From: Pseudomonadota bacterium
Lineage (GTDB): Bacteria > Pseudomonadota > Alphaproteobacteria > MPNO01
Direction of reading: 5' to 3'
Assembly: GCA_036339495.1 (NCBI GenBank)
Contig: JAYZAW010000100.1
Coordinates: 1 to 37,092, forward strand
Length of the DNA stretch: 37,092 nucleotides
Under the pieces are notes generated by a model. That model saw only the letters and a program-made list of their open reading frames with translations. It had not been told where the DNA came from and ran no database searches. Position numbers and translations under genes: made by a program. This document shows positions 18,150-27,724 of this stretch, piece after piece (within the stretch, counting starts at the first letter, position 1; every line of letters starts with the position of its first letter).

Positions 18150-18899
18150 ATGTGGTCCGACGCTATTGATCTTCGCGATTTCTACCGTACGTCGCTCGGC
18201 CAGATGGCGCGCCGTATCATTCGCCGGCGGGTTCGTGAAATCTGGCCCGATACGACCGCCATGGGAGTTCTCGGGCTTGGCTACGCCTCGCCCTATTTGT
18301 TGCCCTTCCGCGATAATTCCGAACGGGTGATCTCGGCGATGCCGGCGGGCCAGGGCGTTCTGCATTGGCCGACCGACGGTCCGAACTTGGTGGCCTTGGC
18401 GGATGAGGCGGAACTGCCGTTCGCCGATACGAGCTTTGATCGGGTGTTACTGGTCCATGCGATCGAATCCGCCGAACAGCTCCGCCCCATGTTGCGGGAA
18501 ATTTGGAGGGTCATGCAGGATGGCGGACGCCTGCTGATCATAGTGCCCAACCGCCGGGGTATCTGGGCGCGACTCGACCGGACGCCGTTCGGCAATGGGC
18601 GTCCCTATACCCTGTCGCAGATCACCCGGCTGATGCGGGAGAATTTGTTTACACCGATGGGGACGTCCTACGGGTTATTCATGCCGCCAAGCCGCCGGCG
18701 CGTGCTGGTGTCTTCCGCGCCCGCCTGGGAACAGATCGGCCGGCGCTGGTTCCCCCATTTCGGCGGCGTGATATTCATTGAGGCGTCAAAACAAATCTAC
18801 GCCGCGACGCCGGAATCGGCTCGCAAGACGCGCCGCCGGCGGGTTTATATTCCCATGCCCGGCGCTACCGAGCGCATCACCCCGGACTTATTTAAATAA
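18150..18899 (+). CDS. Class I SAM-dependent methyltransferase (YafS-like, usual gloB neighbour)
   Basis: DLRDFYRTSLG, LGLGYASPYL, LPFADTSFDRVLLVH, VPNRRGIWAR, TPFGNGRPY; TGgTACAAT 6 nt before ATG. Confidence 0.9.
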   Translation: MWSDAIDLRDFYRTSLGQMARRIIRRRVREIWPDTTAMGVLGLGYASPYLLPFRDNSERVISAMPAGQGVLHWPTDGPNLVALADEAELPFADTSFDRVLLVHAIESAEQLRPMLREIWRVMQDGGRLLIIVPNRRGIWARLDRTPFGNGRPYTLSQITRLMRENLFTPMGTSYGLFMPPSRRRVLVSSAPAWEQIGRRWFPHFGGVIFIEASKQIYAATPESARKTRRRRVYIPMPGATERITPDLFK

Positions 18900-18904
18900 A
18901 GCCG

Positions 18905-19672
18905 TCAGGCCGCGCTTTGACTGGGCGCAGGCGGGCGCGCTGGGGCTTCATCGGATGGATTATAGACTTTGATAACCGCCGGGCGCGCCAATACCAGGTC
19001 CAGCCATTCCTTGGATTCGGGATGTGCGCCGTCCTCGATTAACTGGGGCCGGTATTTGGCGAACTGGTCGATGAAGGGGAGCATGTTGATATCGGCCAGG
19101 GTGAACTGGTCGCCGACCAAAAATGGTCCGCCTTCATCGAGCGCTTGTTCGACGCTATCATAGACAAAATCCATTTTGGCGTATGCATCTTCGAATTCTT
19201 TTTCACTGAAACCACCTGCTGCGATCTGGCGATATTTGTCGCGGTGATCCTGGAGCGGAATGCGGGCGATCGCCGCGTCGAGATTGTCGGCTTCCTTCAA
19301 GGCGTCGATTGCGGCAAGCTTGGTGCGCGACCATGTCGGGTTGCGCACCGCCGCCAGTCCGAAATCATCGGCCAATTTGCCCCAGCCTCTCATTTTGGCG
19401 CGCAGCAGTGGGTCCGTCGGGGTAAGCGCCGGGCCGGGGAACACTTCATCGATATATTCGTTGATGAAAGTCGATTCGACGACCGCCTGGCCGTCATGAA
19501 TCAGCGTTGGCACGACCCCGTTGGGATTTATGGCGAGGTATTCGGGGGTGTGATTTTCGAACGCCCGCAGATTGACGTAATGGCTGACATAGTCCAGCCC
19601 TTTTTCATTGAGGCAAAGCCGCGCCTTTTTCGAGCATGTCGTAAGCCCGGCATGGTAAAGTTCGAGCGTCAT
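18905..19672 (-). CDS. Glutathione S-transferase family protein with active-site Cys motif (TTCSKK)
   Basis: LYH...TCSKKARL, INPNGVVPTL, ESTFINEYID, FTLADI; GGAGG SD. Confidence 0.9.
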   Translation of the reverse strand: MTLELYHAGLTTCSKKARLCLNEKGLDYVSHYVNLRAFENHTPEYLAINPNGVVPTLIHDGQAVVESTFINEYIDEVFPGPALTPTDPLLRAKMRGWGKLADDFGLAAVRNPTWSRTKLAAIDALKEADNLDAAIARIPLQDHRDKYRQIAAGGFSEKEFEDAYAKMDFVYDSVEQALDEGGPFLVGDQFTLADINMLPFIDQFAKYRPQLIEDGAHPESKEWLDLVLARPAVIKVYNPSDEAPARPPAPSQSAA

Positions 19673-19751
19673 AATCGCCTCCGTTTTCGAAGTGTAAATA
19701 CAATAGGTCCGGCCCGGAAAACTCCGTTTGAACCCGTTATCGCTTATCGGA

Positions 19752-20008
19752 TTACTTGTAACCCAGCGTGGCGTGAATCTTCTTGATCAGCGGCTTGGGA
19801 GATTCGCAAAGGAACGAGCCGTCCTTCGGCGCGATGTTGTAACAGTAAATGGTTCCCTTGATGCCGCCTGATCCCGACGGAACCAGAATCGCGACCGCCC
19901 GGCCTTTAAAAAATTCGCGACTCAATCGGCGTGGCTCAGGCCTAAGGCGAATATCGTGGAGATCGCCGCAACCACCTTAAGGCCTGCGTGAAGGCGGCTT
20001 ATTGCCAT
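19752..20008 (-). pseudogene. Collapsed remnant of a TctC/Bug tripartite tricarboxylate transporter substrate-binding protein
   Basis: GGGAGA SD; signal peptide MAISRLHAGLKVVAAISTIFALGLSHAD*; VANF; frameshift; KGRAVAILVPSGSGG-IKGTIYCYNIAPKDGS-FLCESPKPLIKKIHATLGYK*. Confidence 0.75.
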
Positions 20009-20124
20009 GAGTCTCTCCCAATTTCATCAATAGCGTTATTTTGAATTTCAACTTTACCCCCTGATCCCCCGCAATGTCACGCCACCCGCGCGTTTTAACG
20101 GTCACAATTTGCCCAGGCGCGCCG

Positions 20125-20140
20125 TTAACACACTGTTCAC
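20125..20140 (+). promoter_or_regulatory. CtrA-box-like site
   Basis: TTAA-CACACTG-TTCAC, one mismatch to TTAA-N7-TTAAC, upstream of ORF 20210. Confidence 0.4.
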
Positions 20141-20209
20141 CGCTCGCGTATATCTCCCGTCAATTATTTGGTCGCGAAAATAGAGTCAAATTTTGAGATG
20201 GAGTGCGTC

Positions 20210-20473
20210 ATGACCTTATCCGATGATGACCGGGTCGCGCTTCGCTCACGCTATGTGAGTTGGGGTGTGGATACTGTACGAAAAGATTTGAGACGGCCGC
20301 TGCGGCATGCGTTTGTCAGAAAGGACGTCAATGAATTCGCTCGTGAGTGGGTTGATGAAACCGACGAAAAAGAAGTCAAACGCGAAGTCCGCAAGGACCG
20401 GCTGGTGAAATTACTTATGATCGTCGCGGCAATTGAGTTCGTAATCGGTATTGGTATAAATATTTCGTTCTAA
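20210..20473 (+). CDS. Small hypothetical protein with single C-terminal transmembrane helix
   Basis: GGAG SD before ATG 20210; charged body, then [23 protein letters not shown]. Confidence 0.65.
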   Translation: MTLSDDDRVALRSRYVSWGVDTVRKDLRRPLRHAFVRKDVNEFAREWVDETDEKEVKREVRKDRLVKLLMIVAAIEFVIGIGINISF

Positions 20474-21111
20474 TTCCGAGTCAGACAGAATATTCCCTGT
20501 TGGCCGAGCAGATTCGCCGCCGCGCCGATGCGGCTGATTTCCCATGATGACCCTGTGCGGCTCAGCGAGACCGCGCGTTCGACTTCGAGGTCAAGGGTGC
20601 GGCATAGCTCCACGAAATCCCGGATCGTGCATAAATGAATATTTGGGGTGTCGTACCACATGGTGCCGTCGTCGCCGATCGCGGGCATGCGGCCGAACCA
20701 TGTCAACGACCAGCGCATGCGCCAATGTCCGAAATTGGTGAACGAGACGACTGCGCGGCGCGCAATCCGAACCAGTTGATACAGCAATTCCCGGGGGTCG
20801 CGCGTCGCCTGCAATGTTTGGCTCAGCACCGCATAGTCGAACGCCTGGTCCGGATAGTTCGACAAATCCGTGTCCGCGTCGCCCTGGATGACCGATAGGC
20901 CATGGGTCACGCAGGTATTCACGCCGGTTTGGCTTAGCTCTATGCCTCGCCCATCGACATTTTTTTCGTGGACCAGAAAATCGAGGAGCGCTCCGTCGCC
21001 GCAGCCGATATCCAGTACCCTGGAGCCGGGCTCGATCATATCGGCGATAATGCGAAGATCGCTTCGGATCGGCAGCCCGCCGCCCGGAGATTGTCCGATT
21101 GGATCGTTCAT
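20470..21111 (-). CDS. metW: Methionine biosynthesis protein MetW
   Basis: [40 protein letters not shown]; coupled to metX. Confidence 0.96.
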   Translation of the reverse strand: MNDPIGQSPGGGLPIRSDLRIIADMIEPGSRVLDIGCGDGALLDFLVHEKNVDGRGIELSQTGVNTCVTHGLSVIQGDADTDLSNYPDQAFDYAVLSQTLQATRDPRELLYQLVRIARRAVVSFTNFGHWRMRWSLTWFGRMPAIGDDGTMWYDTPNIHLCTIRDFVELCRTLDLEVERAVSLSRTGSSWEISRIGAAANLLGQQGIFCLTRN

Positions 21112-22286
21112 GTGGATGTCAGGCCACGATGTTCGGCGGCGCCGTTCAGAAAGCCTCTGAGTGTTGAATGAAACTCGGGTTCTTCCAGAAGAAACGCGTC
21201 ATGACCCTTGTCGGTTTCGATTTCGACGAAGCTGACATTGGCGGCGACCGCATTGAGCGCCTGGACAACCTCCCGGCTTTCAGCGGTCGGAAACAGCCAG
21301 TCGCTGGTGAATGAGATCACACAAAACCGCACATTGGTGCCGCGGAATGCGCCGGCCAGCACGCCGTCATGTTCTTCCGCCAGGTCGAAATAATCCATCG
21401 CCCGCGTGATATAGAGATAGGAATTTGCATCGAAACGGTCGACGAAGGTGCTGCCCTGGTGGCGTAAATAGCTTTCAACCTGGAAATCCGCATCGAAGGC
21501 GAAACTCAGCGCCTCGCGTTGCTGCAGCTTGCGTCCGAATTTTCGGTGCAGCGCGGCTTCGGAAAGATAGGTGATATGGGCGGCCATGCGAGCGACCGCC
21601 AGGCCGCGCGAGGGTTTTTTCTCTTCAATGTGATAGTTGCCCTGGCACCAGTCCGGATCGGCCTTGATGGCCTGACGCCCAACCTCATGAAACGCAATAT
21701 TTTGTGCGGAATGGCGCGCCGCCCCCGCGACGGGCACCGCGGAAAACACTCTGTCAGGATAGCGCGCCGCCCATTCAAGTGTTTGCATGGCGCCCATGGA
21801 GCCGCCGATGACGCAAAACAGCTGGTCGATACCGAGATGATCCAGCAGCAATACCTGGGCGCGGACCATATCCGAAATTGTGATGACCGGAAAATCGAGT
21901 CCATAGGGTTCATGGGTCGCGGGGTCGATATCCATCGGCCCTGTGGTGCCCATGCAGCCGCCCAGCACGTTCGCGCAAATGATGAAATATCGATCCGTGT
22001 CCAGAACCTTGCCCGGCCCGGCCAGGGACTCCCACCATCCCGCCTTGCCGGTCAATGGATGATGGTCGCCGGCGACGAATTGATCTCCGGTCAGCGCGTG
22101 GCACACCATCACCGCATTGGATTTATCTTCATTTAACGCGCCATAGGTCTGGTAGGCGACGGTAAACGGGCCTAATTCGACGCCGCAATCCAGCGCCATC
22201 GGCTTGTTTTCGGCCAGCCGCACCCGATGTCCGGGAACGGAATCGTCCCCTTCCAATCGATTGTGGTTCAAATCGGTAACGTTCAT
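21108..22286 (-). CDS. metX: Homoserine O-acetyltransferase
   Basis: CHALTGD, GGSMG, RFDANSY, SDWLFP, GHDAFLL. Confidence 0.96.
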   Translation of the reverse strand: MNVTDLNHNRLEGDDSVPGHRVRLAENKPMALDCGVELGPFTVAYQTYGALNEDKSNAVMVCHALTGDQFVAGDHHPLTGKAGWWESLAGPGKVLDTDRYFIICANVLGGCMGTTGPMDIDPATHEPYGLDFPVITISDMVRAQVLLLDHLGIDQLFCVIGGSMGAMQTLEWAARYPDRVFSAVPVAGAARHSAQNIAFHEVGRQAIKADPDWCQGNYHIEEKKPSRGLAVARMAAHITYLSEAALHRKFGRKLQQREALSFAFDADFQVESYLRHQGSTFVDRFDANSYLYITRAMDYFDLAEEHDGVLAGAFRGTNVRFCVISFTSDWLFPTAESREVVQALNAVAANVSFVEIETDKGHDAFLLEEPEFHSTLRGFLNGAAEHRGLTST

Positions 22287-22472
22287 CCGCTTTGATCGGG
22301 CCTTGGCCTGTCCTCTATTTGGAAACTGAATAGCTATGAGGGGGGGTGTCCTATGTCAATGTTTTCTTTGCTTTTACAGGGCGCACCAACTAGGTATAAC
22401 GCCCTGCTTGACGTTGATTTGATCGATCTGGCATGACCAATTGACGTCACCGAAACCAGAATCAGAATTGAA

Positions 22473-23366
22473 ATGAACGACGCCGAACTCTCCAGATTGC
22501 GCCGGGAAATAGACGCTATTGACGATGTGCTCCATGACGCGATCATGCGCAGGACATCTCTTGCCGATCAAATTCGGCTCGCCAAGGGCGGCGGCGCGCC
22601 CACTTTCCGCCCGGCGCGCGAAATTCTAATATTGCGCCGGTTGGCGGACCGTCACGAAGGTCGATTTCCAAAATCGGTGCTGGTGCGTATTTGGCGAGAA
22701 ATCATATCCGCGACGCTTGGTCTGCAAGGGCCGTTCTCGGTCGCCGCCCATGCGCCGGAAGGCGTTACTGCCCGCAATGATCTTGCGCGGGAGCATTTCG
22801 GTTATGCGACGTCCATTACCGCTCACCAATCGACCCGCGCGGTGGTGCATGCGATTGGCGAGGGCGCGGCGACGGTCGGCGTCCTTCCGGTTCCCGAGGA
22901 AAATGAACGCGACCCGTGGTGGCCGGCATTGCTGGCTTATCCCCGGCCGGGTCCTATGATCGTTGCCCGGCTACCGGTGGCGCCCGTTGAGGAAACCCAT
23001 GGCCAGACCCCGGAAGCACTGGTCATCGCGATGATCGCGCACGAGGAAACCGGCAACGACCACGGATTTTTGATGATCCGGGCGAGCTCAGGGGTCAGCC
23101 GTGCGCGGTTGAGCGAAGCCCTGAGTCAGGCCGACATGGTGACGGTCGGCATGATCACCCGCCCCGATGACGGCAATCCTGATTTGACTGAATTTCTGTT
23201 CGAGGTCGAAGGGTTCATTGCCGACGGAGACCCGCGCCTGGCCGCATTGCTGGATTCCGAAGATCTGCCGATCGAAGCCGTCGAAGTTCTAGGCGGTTTC
23301 GCCGTCCCCTTCAGGACCGCGGATCTTGCAGCCGCCAAAGCCGGGCAGGGAGGTATCGGACAGTGA
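22473..23366 (+). CDS. Chorismate mutase with prephenate-dehydratase-like/ACT C-terminal region
   Basis: LRREIDAID, FRPARE, RIWREII, AREHFG, VGVLP, EVEGF; upstream of hisC-tyrC. Confidence 0.88.
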   Translation: MNDAELSRLRREIDAIDDVLHDAIMRRTSLADQIRLAKGGGAPTFRPAREILILRRLADRHEGRFPKSVLVRIWREIISATLGLQGPFSVAAHAPEGVTARNDLAREHFGYATSITAHQSTRAVVHAIGEGAATVGVLPVPEENERDPWWPALLAYPRPGPMIVARLPVAPVEETHGQTPEALVIAMIAHEETGNDHGFLMIRASSGVSRARLSEALSQADMVTVGMITRPDDGNPDLTEFLFEVEGFIADGDPRLAALLDSEDLPIEAVEVLGGFAVPFRTADLAAAKAGQGGIGQ

Positions 23367-24451
23367 CTGGGCCAACGCCCCGGCCCGGACTTTCCGATCT
23401 TTCGCCCTATGTTCCGGGCAAGTCGACGGTCGCCGGCGCCAGAGAGATCATCAAGCTTTCATCCAATGAGGGCGCGCTGGGACCGAGTCCGCGCGCGATC
23501 GAAGCTTATATCGAGACCGCGAATGAGCTTCATCGGTATCCCGATGGGGATTCCACTGAACTGCGCGAGGTCATCGGCGAACAGCACGGGTTGGATCCGG
23601 GCCGTATTGTGTGCGGCGCCGGCTCCGATGAAATTCTTTATCTTCTCGGGCGCGGTTACGCCGGGCCGGGCGACGAGGTGCTGACCCATGCCCATGCCTT
23701 CATCATGTATGAGCTGGTCACGCTCGGCATCGGCGCCACACCGGTAAAGGCGGATGAAGTGTCGCTGACCGCGAATGTCGATAACTTGCTGGCCCGTGTC
23801 TCGCCACGAACTCGGGTGGTCTATCTGGCAAACCCCAACAATCCGACCGGAAGCTATTTGGCGGAAGATGAATTGAAACGATTGCGCGCCGGGCTACCGG
23901 AAGATGTACTGCTGGTGGTCGATTCCGCCTATGCGGAATATGTCACGGTCAATGATTATGCCGCCGGCGCGGAACTGGTCGATGCAGGCGGTAACACGGT
24001 GATGACGCGCACATTTTCCAAGGCCTATGCGTTGGGTGGCGTGCGGCTCGGCTGGGCATATTGCCCACCGGAAATTGCCGATGTGATGAATCGAATTCGC
24101 GGGCCGTTTAACGTCGGGTTGCCGGCGCAGGCGGCGGGCGTTGCCGCGCTGCGCGACAAGGAATTTCTCGCGAAGTCCCGGGACCATAATTCGACCTGGC
24201 TACCATGGCTGTCTGAAAGAATAGAAGCGGTCGGGCTTACGGCCTATCCCAGCATCGCAAATTTCGTCCTGGTCCGGTTTCCCGAGACCAAGCAACATAA
24301 CGCGATGGCGGCGCTCGATTTCATGCAGGGCCGGGGGATAATTCCGAGAGACACCAGCAGCGTCGGTTTGCCGGGCTGTCTGCGGATTACCATTGGGCGC
24401 GAGGACGAAATGCGCGCGGTGGCCGACGCCTTAACCGATTTTATGGCCTGA
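23363..24451 (+). CDS. hisC: Histidinol-phosphate aminotransferase
   Basis: KLSSNE, RYPD, GAGSDE, ANPNNPTG, DSAYAEY, TRTFSKAYALGGVRLGW. Confidence 0.95.
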   Translation: MTGPTPRPGLSDLSPYVPGKSTVAGAREIIKLSSNEGALGPSPRAIEAYIETANELHRYPDGDSTELREVIGEQHGLDPGRIVCGAGSDEILYLLGRGYAGPGDEVLTHAHAFIMYELVTLGIGATPVKADEVSLTANVDNLLARVSPRTRVVYLANPNNPTGSYLAEDELKRLRAGLPEDVLLVVDSAYAEYVTVNDYAAGAELVDAGGNTVMTRTFSKAYALGGVRLGWAYCPPEIADVMNRIRGPFNVGLPAQAAGVAALRDKEFLAKSRDHNSTWLPWLSERIEAVGLTAYPSIANFVLVRFPETKQHNAMAALDFMQGRGIIPRDTSSVGLPGCLRITIGREDEMRAVADALTDFMA

Positions 24452-24458
24452 ATGTTTG

Positions 24459-25385
24459 ATGGCCAAGAATCCTAATCCCTATTTTGAGCGGGTGTGCCTG
24501 ATCGGTATCGGGCTGATCGGATCGTCCCTGGCCCGGGTGATGCGGCGGGACGGCTTGGCCGGTCATATCGTGGCCTGCGCGCGCAGCGCGGCGACTCTCG
24601 ATGCGGTAACGCGGCTTGGTTTGGCCGACAGTGTGACGTCCGATCCCGCGGAAGCCGTGGCCGGCGCCGATCTGGTGATCATCTGCACGCCGGTCGGCGT
24701 CTATGAAGCCATTGGCCGCACAATCGGTCCCGCGCTGAGCCCGGGGTGCATTGTGTCCGATGTCGGGTCGGTAAAACAGGCGATGATCGATTCGGTGGGT
24801 CCCCATTTGCCGGATAATGTTCACCTTGTCCCCGGTCACCCAATCGCCGGGACTGAGCATTCGGGACCCGAATCCGGATTTGAGACCTTGTTCGAAGGAC
24901 GCTGGGCATTGTTGACGCCGCCTGCCGGAACCGATCAGGCCGCCGTCGACAAGATCGCCCAACTATGGCGCTCCGCGGGCAGCCGGATCGATATCATGGA
25001 CCCGGTCCATCACGATCAGGTCTTGGCGATTACGTCCCATATTCCCCATTTGATCGCTTACACGATTGTCGGCACCGCCACCGATCTGGAAGATCACCTG
25101 AAAGCCGAGGTCATAAAATACTCGGCCAGCGGATTCCGCGATTTCACGCGTATTGCGGCATCGGACCCCGTGATGTGGCGCGACGTGTTCCTGAATAATC
25201 GCGATGCGGTGCTCGAAATGCTGGGGCGATTTTCAGAGGATCTGACGCAATTGCAGCGCTTCATCAGGGTCGGCGACGGCGATGCGATGGAAAAGCTGTT
25301 TACGCGCACCCGGGAAATCCGGCGTGGCGTCGTCGAGGCGCAACAGCACGTTCCGCCCGCGCCGCTGGACGACGACGGCAAGTAG
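24459..25385 (+). CDS. tyrC: Cyclohexadienyl (prephenate/arogenate) dehydrogenase
   Basis: IGIGLIGSS, DVGSVK, GHPIAGTEHSG, HDQVLAITSHIPH, GFRDFTRIAASDPVMWRD. Confidence 0.93.
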   Translation: MAKNPNPYFERVCLIGIGLIGSSLARVMRRDGLAGHIVACARSAATLDAVTRLGLADSVTSDPAEAVAGADLVIICTPVGVYEAIGRTIGPALSPGCIVSDVGSVKQAMIDSVGPHLPDNVHLVPGHPIAGTEHSGPESGFETLFEGRWALLTPPAGTDQAAVDKIAQLWRSAGSRIDIMDPVHHDQVLAITSHIPHLIAYTIVGTATDLEDHLKAEVIKYSASGFRDFTRIAASDPVMWRDVFLNNRDAVLEMLGRFSEDLTQLQRFIRVGDGDAMEKLFTRTREIRRGVVEAQQHVPPAPLDDDGK

Positions 25386-25403
25386 CCTTCAGGCGGTTAG
25401 GCC

Positions 25404-26858
25404 ATGAATCTCGCCGATATGCTCATCCATCAGGCACGGCGCAGGCCGGACCACCCCGCGATCATCGAGGAATCCCGGGTCATCACCCATGGCGAGTTCG
25501 ATCCCGTGGTGCGGCGCTGGGCGGCCAGGTTACAGGCGCTGGGCGCCGAGCCCGGAGATGTGATCGGGATCGCCCTGAAAGATCACGCCGAGCATTTGAT
25601 CGCGTTTTATGCGGTGGCGCGAATGGGCGGAATCATTTTGCCCGTCGACTGGCGTTGGACGGCGGGCGAAAAACAACGCATCACGGAATTCTTCGGAGCG
25701 GAAAGAACCCTTGCTGAACCGGGCGACGAGATTCCAGGTGCATTTACGATTGATGGCGCCTGGCATGCCGCGCTGCCCGCGTTTGATCCGGAAGTCTCCT
25801 TTCCGTCCGACGCGGATGCGCCCGTCGTGCTGTCATTGTCGTCGGGCACGACGGGGACGCCCAAGGGCCCCGTGCTCAGCCATCGCCAGTTTCTGTCACG
25901 TTGGGTCACCCAATTTGTGACACTGACATTTTCCGAACATGACCGTTATCTCTCGGCGACGCCGCTGTATTTCGGCGGCGGGCGGTCTTTCACCATGAGC
26001 GCACTTTATGCCGGGTCCACCGTCGTGATGTTTCCGCCGCCCTACGAGCCCGCGCAGCTGGTTGCCGCAGCCGCTGATTACCGGGCCACGACAACATTAT
26101 TGGTGCCGACGATGCTGCGTCGATTGCTTGGGATCACCGTGGAGGGCGATGAAAAACTATTTGCCGGACTGCGTCTGTTGCTGTCGACCGGCGCGATTCT
26201 GCATGGCGATGAACGCAGCGCGGTGATTGACCGGCTGTGCGCCGGCTTCATCAATTACTACGGTTCGACCGAAGGCGGCGGCGTGTCGGTGCTATTGCCA
26301 CATCACGGGGAAGAAAAATCAACCTCGGTTGGCTCCACGGTCTTTCAAACGGATGTCGAGATTGTCGGTGATGACCACACTGCGCTTTCCGTGGGTGACA
26401 TCGGGCGTATCCGATATCGCGGGCCGGGCGTCGCCAACGGGTTTTTCCGGGATGAGGCGGCGAGTGCGCAAAGTTTTCACGACGGCTGGTTCTATCCCGG
26501 CGATCTCGGGAGGCTTGACGATGATGGATTCTTGTACCTCGCGGGCCGCGCCGATGATCTGATTTTGCGCGGTGGGGTCAATATCTATCCCGCCGAAATC
26601 GAACAGACATTGTTGACTCATGACGGCGTGCGCGACGCGGTCGTTCTCGGCTGGCCATCACGTGAGATGGGCGAGGAAATCGCGGCCTTCGTGGTGTGCG
26701 ATGCGCAGGTGGATCGCGACGCCCTGGCGGAACATTGCCGCGAGACCCTGGCGTCTTACAAAATACCACGTGAAATATTTGTGGTTGATGCCTTTCCCCG
26801 GAGTGCGCTCGGCAAGGTTGCCAAGGGCGAACTCAAGGCGCTATTGACGCCGCTTTAA
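25404..26858 (+). CDS. Class I adenylate-forming enzyme (acyl-CoA synthetase)
   Basis: SSGTTGTPKG, YGSTEGG, GDLG, GGVNIYPAEIE, YKIP, GKV. Confidence 0.92.
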   Translation: MNLADMLIHQARRRPDHPAIIEESRVITHGEFDPVVRRWAARLQALGAEPGDVIGIALKDHAEHLIAFYAVARMGGIILPVDWRWTAGEKQRITEFFGAERTLAEPGDEIPGAFTIDGAWHAALPAFDPEVSFPSDADAPVVLSLSSGTTGTPKGPVLSHRQFLSRWVTQFVTLTFSEHDRYLSATPLYFGGGRSFTMSALYAGSTVVMFPPPYEPAQLVAAAADYRATTTLLVPTMLRRLLGITVEGDEKLFAGLRLLLSTGAILHGDERSAVIDRLCAGFINYYGSTEGGGVSVLLPHHGEEKSTSVGSTVFQTDVEIVGDDHTALSVGDIGRIRYRGPGVANGFFRDEAASAQSFHDGWFYPGDLGRLDDDGFLYLAGRADDLILRGGVNIYPAEIEQTLLTHDGVRDAVVLGWPSREMGEEIAAFVVCDAQVDRDALAEHCRETLASYKIPREIFVVDAFPRSALGKVAKGELKALLTPL

Positions 26859-27724
26859 TCGAGACCGTAGATACGCATCACATTGTCCCGTAGCAGCTTG
26901 CGCTTGGGGCCGGGGCGGAGGCCGAGCGCTTCAATTTCATCTCGCGTGCGATCGAACTCCAGCACCGGCCAGTCGGTGCCGAAGATCACCTTGTCCTGGC
27001 CGTAGCTGTTGCAGTAATGGACAAAGGTCTCCGGCCAGTATTTCGGACTGTGGGCGTCGCTGCCGATGAAAACGTTGCGGTGCTTCCACGCCATGGCGAT
27101 CATCTCATCGGCCCACGGAATGCCCACATGAATGCCGATCAGCTTGAGCTCGGGAAAATCGCAGGCGACCGTATCCAGCGTGATCGGGCGGCCGACGGAC
27201 CGTAGCGGGCGTTTGAGGTCATAAACCAATGACTGCCCGACCTGCATCTGGATCGGTACGTCGAGTTCGACGCATTTTGCATAGAACGGATAGTATTTCG
27301 CATGATCGGGGGCCAATTCGAACCAATGGGGATAGAGATGCGCGCCGATAAAGCCCAGCTCCTTCACCGCATGTTCCAGCGCGCGGACGCCCTTCATGCC
27401 CTCCGTCGGGTCGATCCCGGCGAGGCCGTAAAACCGGTCCGGATGTTCGGCGACCAGCCCGGCGATCAATTCATAGGATAGATGCCAGGACCCCTGTAGC
27501 CCAAGCTGGCCGACCTTGGCGGCAATCAGAAAGGCGCGTTCGATGCCGGCCTTGTCCATCATGTCCAGCAATTGTTCCGACGACACGCCGTCGAGCGGCG
27601 TGCGGTCACGGCCGATCTTTCCGGTGTAGAATGATTCGCTCCACTCCGGCCGTTGCGCGACGATTTCCGCCGTGGCGGGGTTGACCACGGCATCAATGGC
27701 CAGGACGTCGTACTTGTCGGTCAT
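26855..27724 (-). CDS. Amidohydrolase_2 family protein
   Basis: HPDRF, YYPFYAKCVELDVP, DFPELK, HVGIPW, FGTDWP, NVMRIY. Confidence 0.9.
   Translation of the reverse strand: MTDKYDVLAIDAVVNPATAEIVAQRPEWSESFYTGKIGRDRTPLDGVSSEQLLDMMDKAGIERAFLIAAKVGQLGLQGSWHLSYELIAGLVAEHPDRFYGLAGIDPTEGMKGVRALEHAVKELGFIGAHLYPHWFELAPDHAKYYPFYAKCVELDVPIQMQVGQSLVYDLKRPLRSVGRPITLDTVACDFPELKLIGIHVGIPWADEMIAMAWKHRNVFIGSDAHSPKYWPETFVHYCNSYGQDKVIFGTDWPVLEFDRTRDEIEALGLRPGPKRKLLRDNVMRIYGLD

Noticed and set aside
22287-22472. SAM riboswitch upstream of metX
   Set aside because: No SAM-II or SAM-alpha consensus recognisable; the region contains divergent sigma70-like elements (TTGACA at 22359-22354) and a 7-bp stem CAGGGCG/CGCCCTG only
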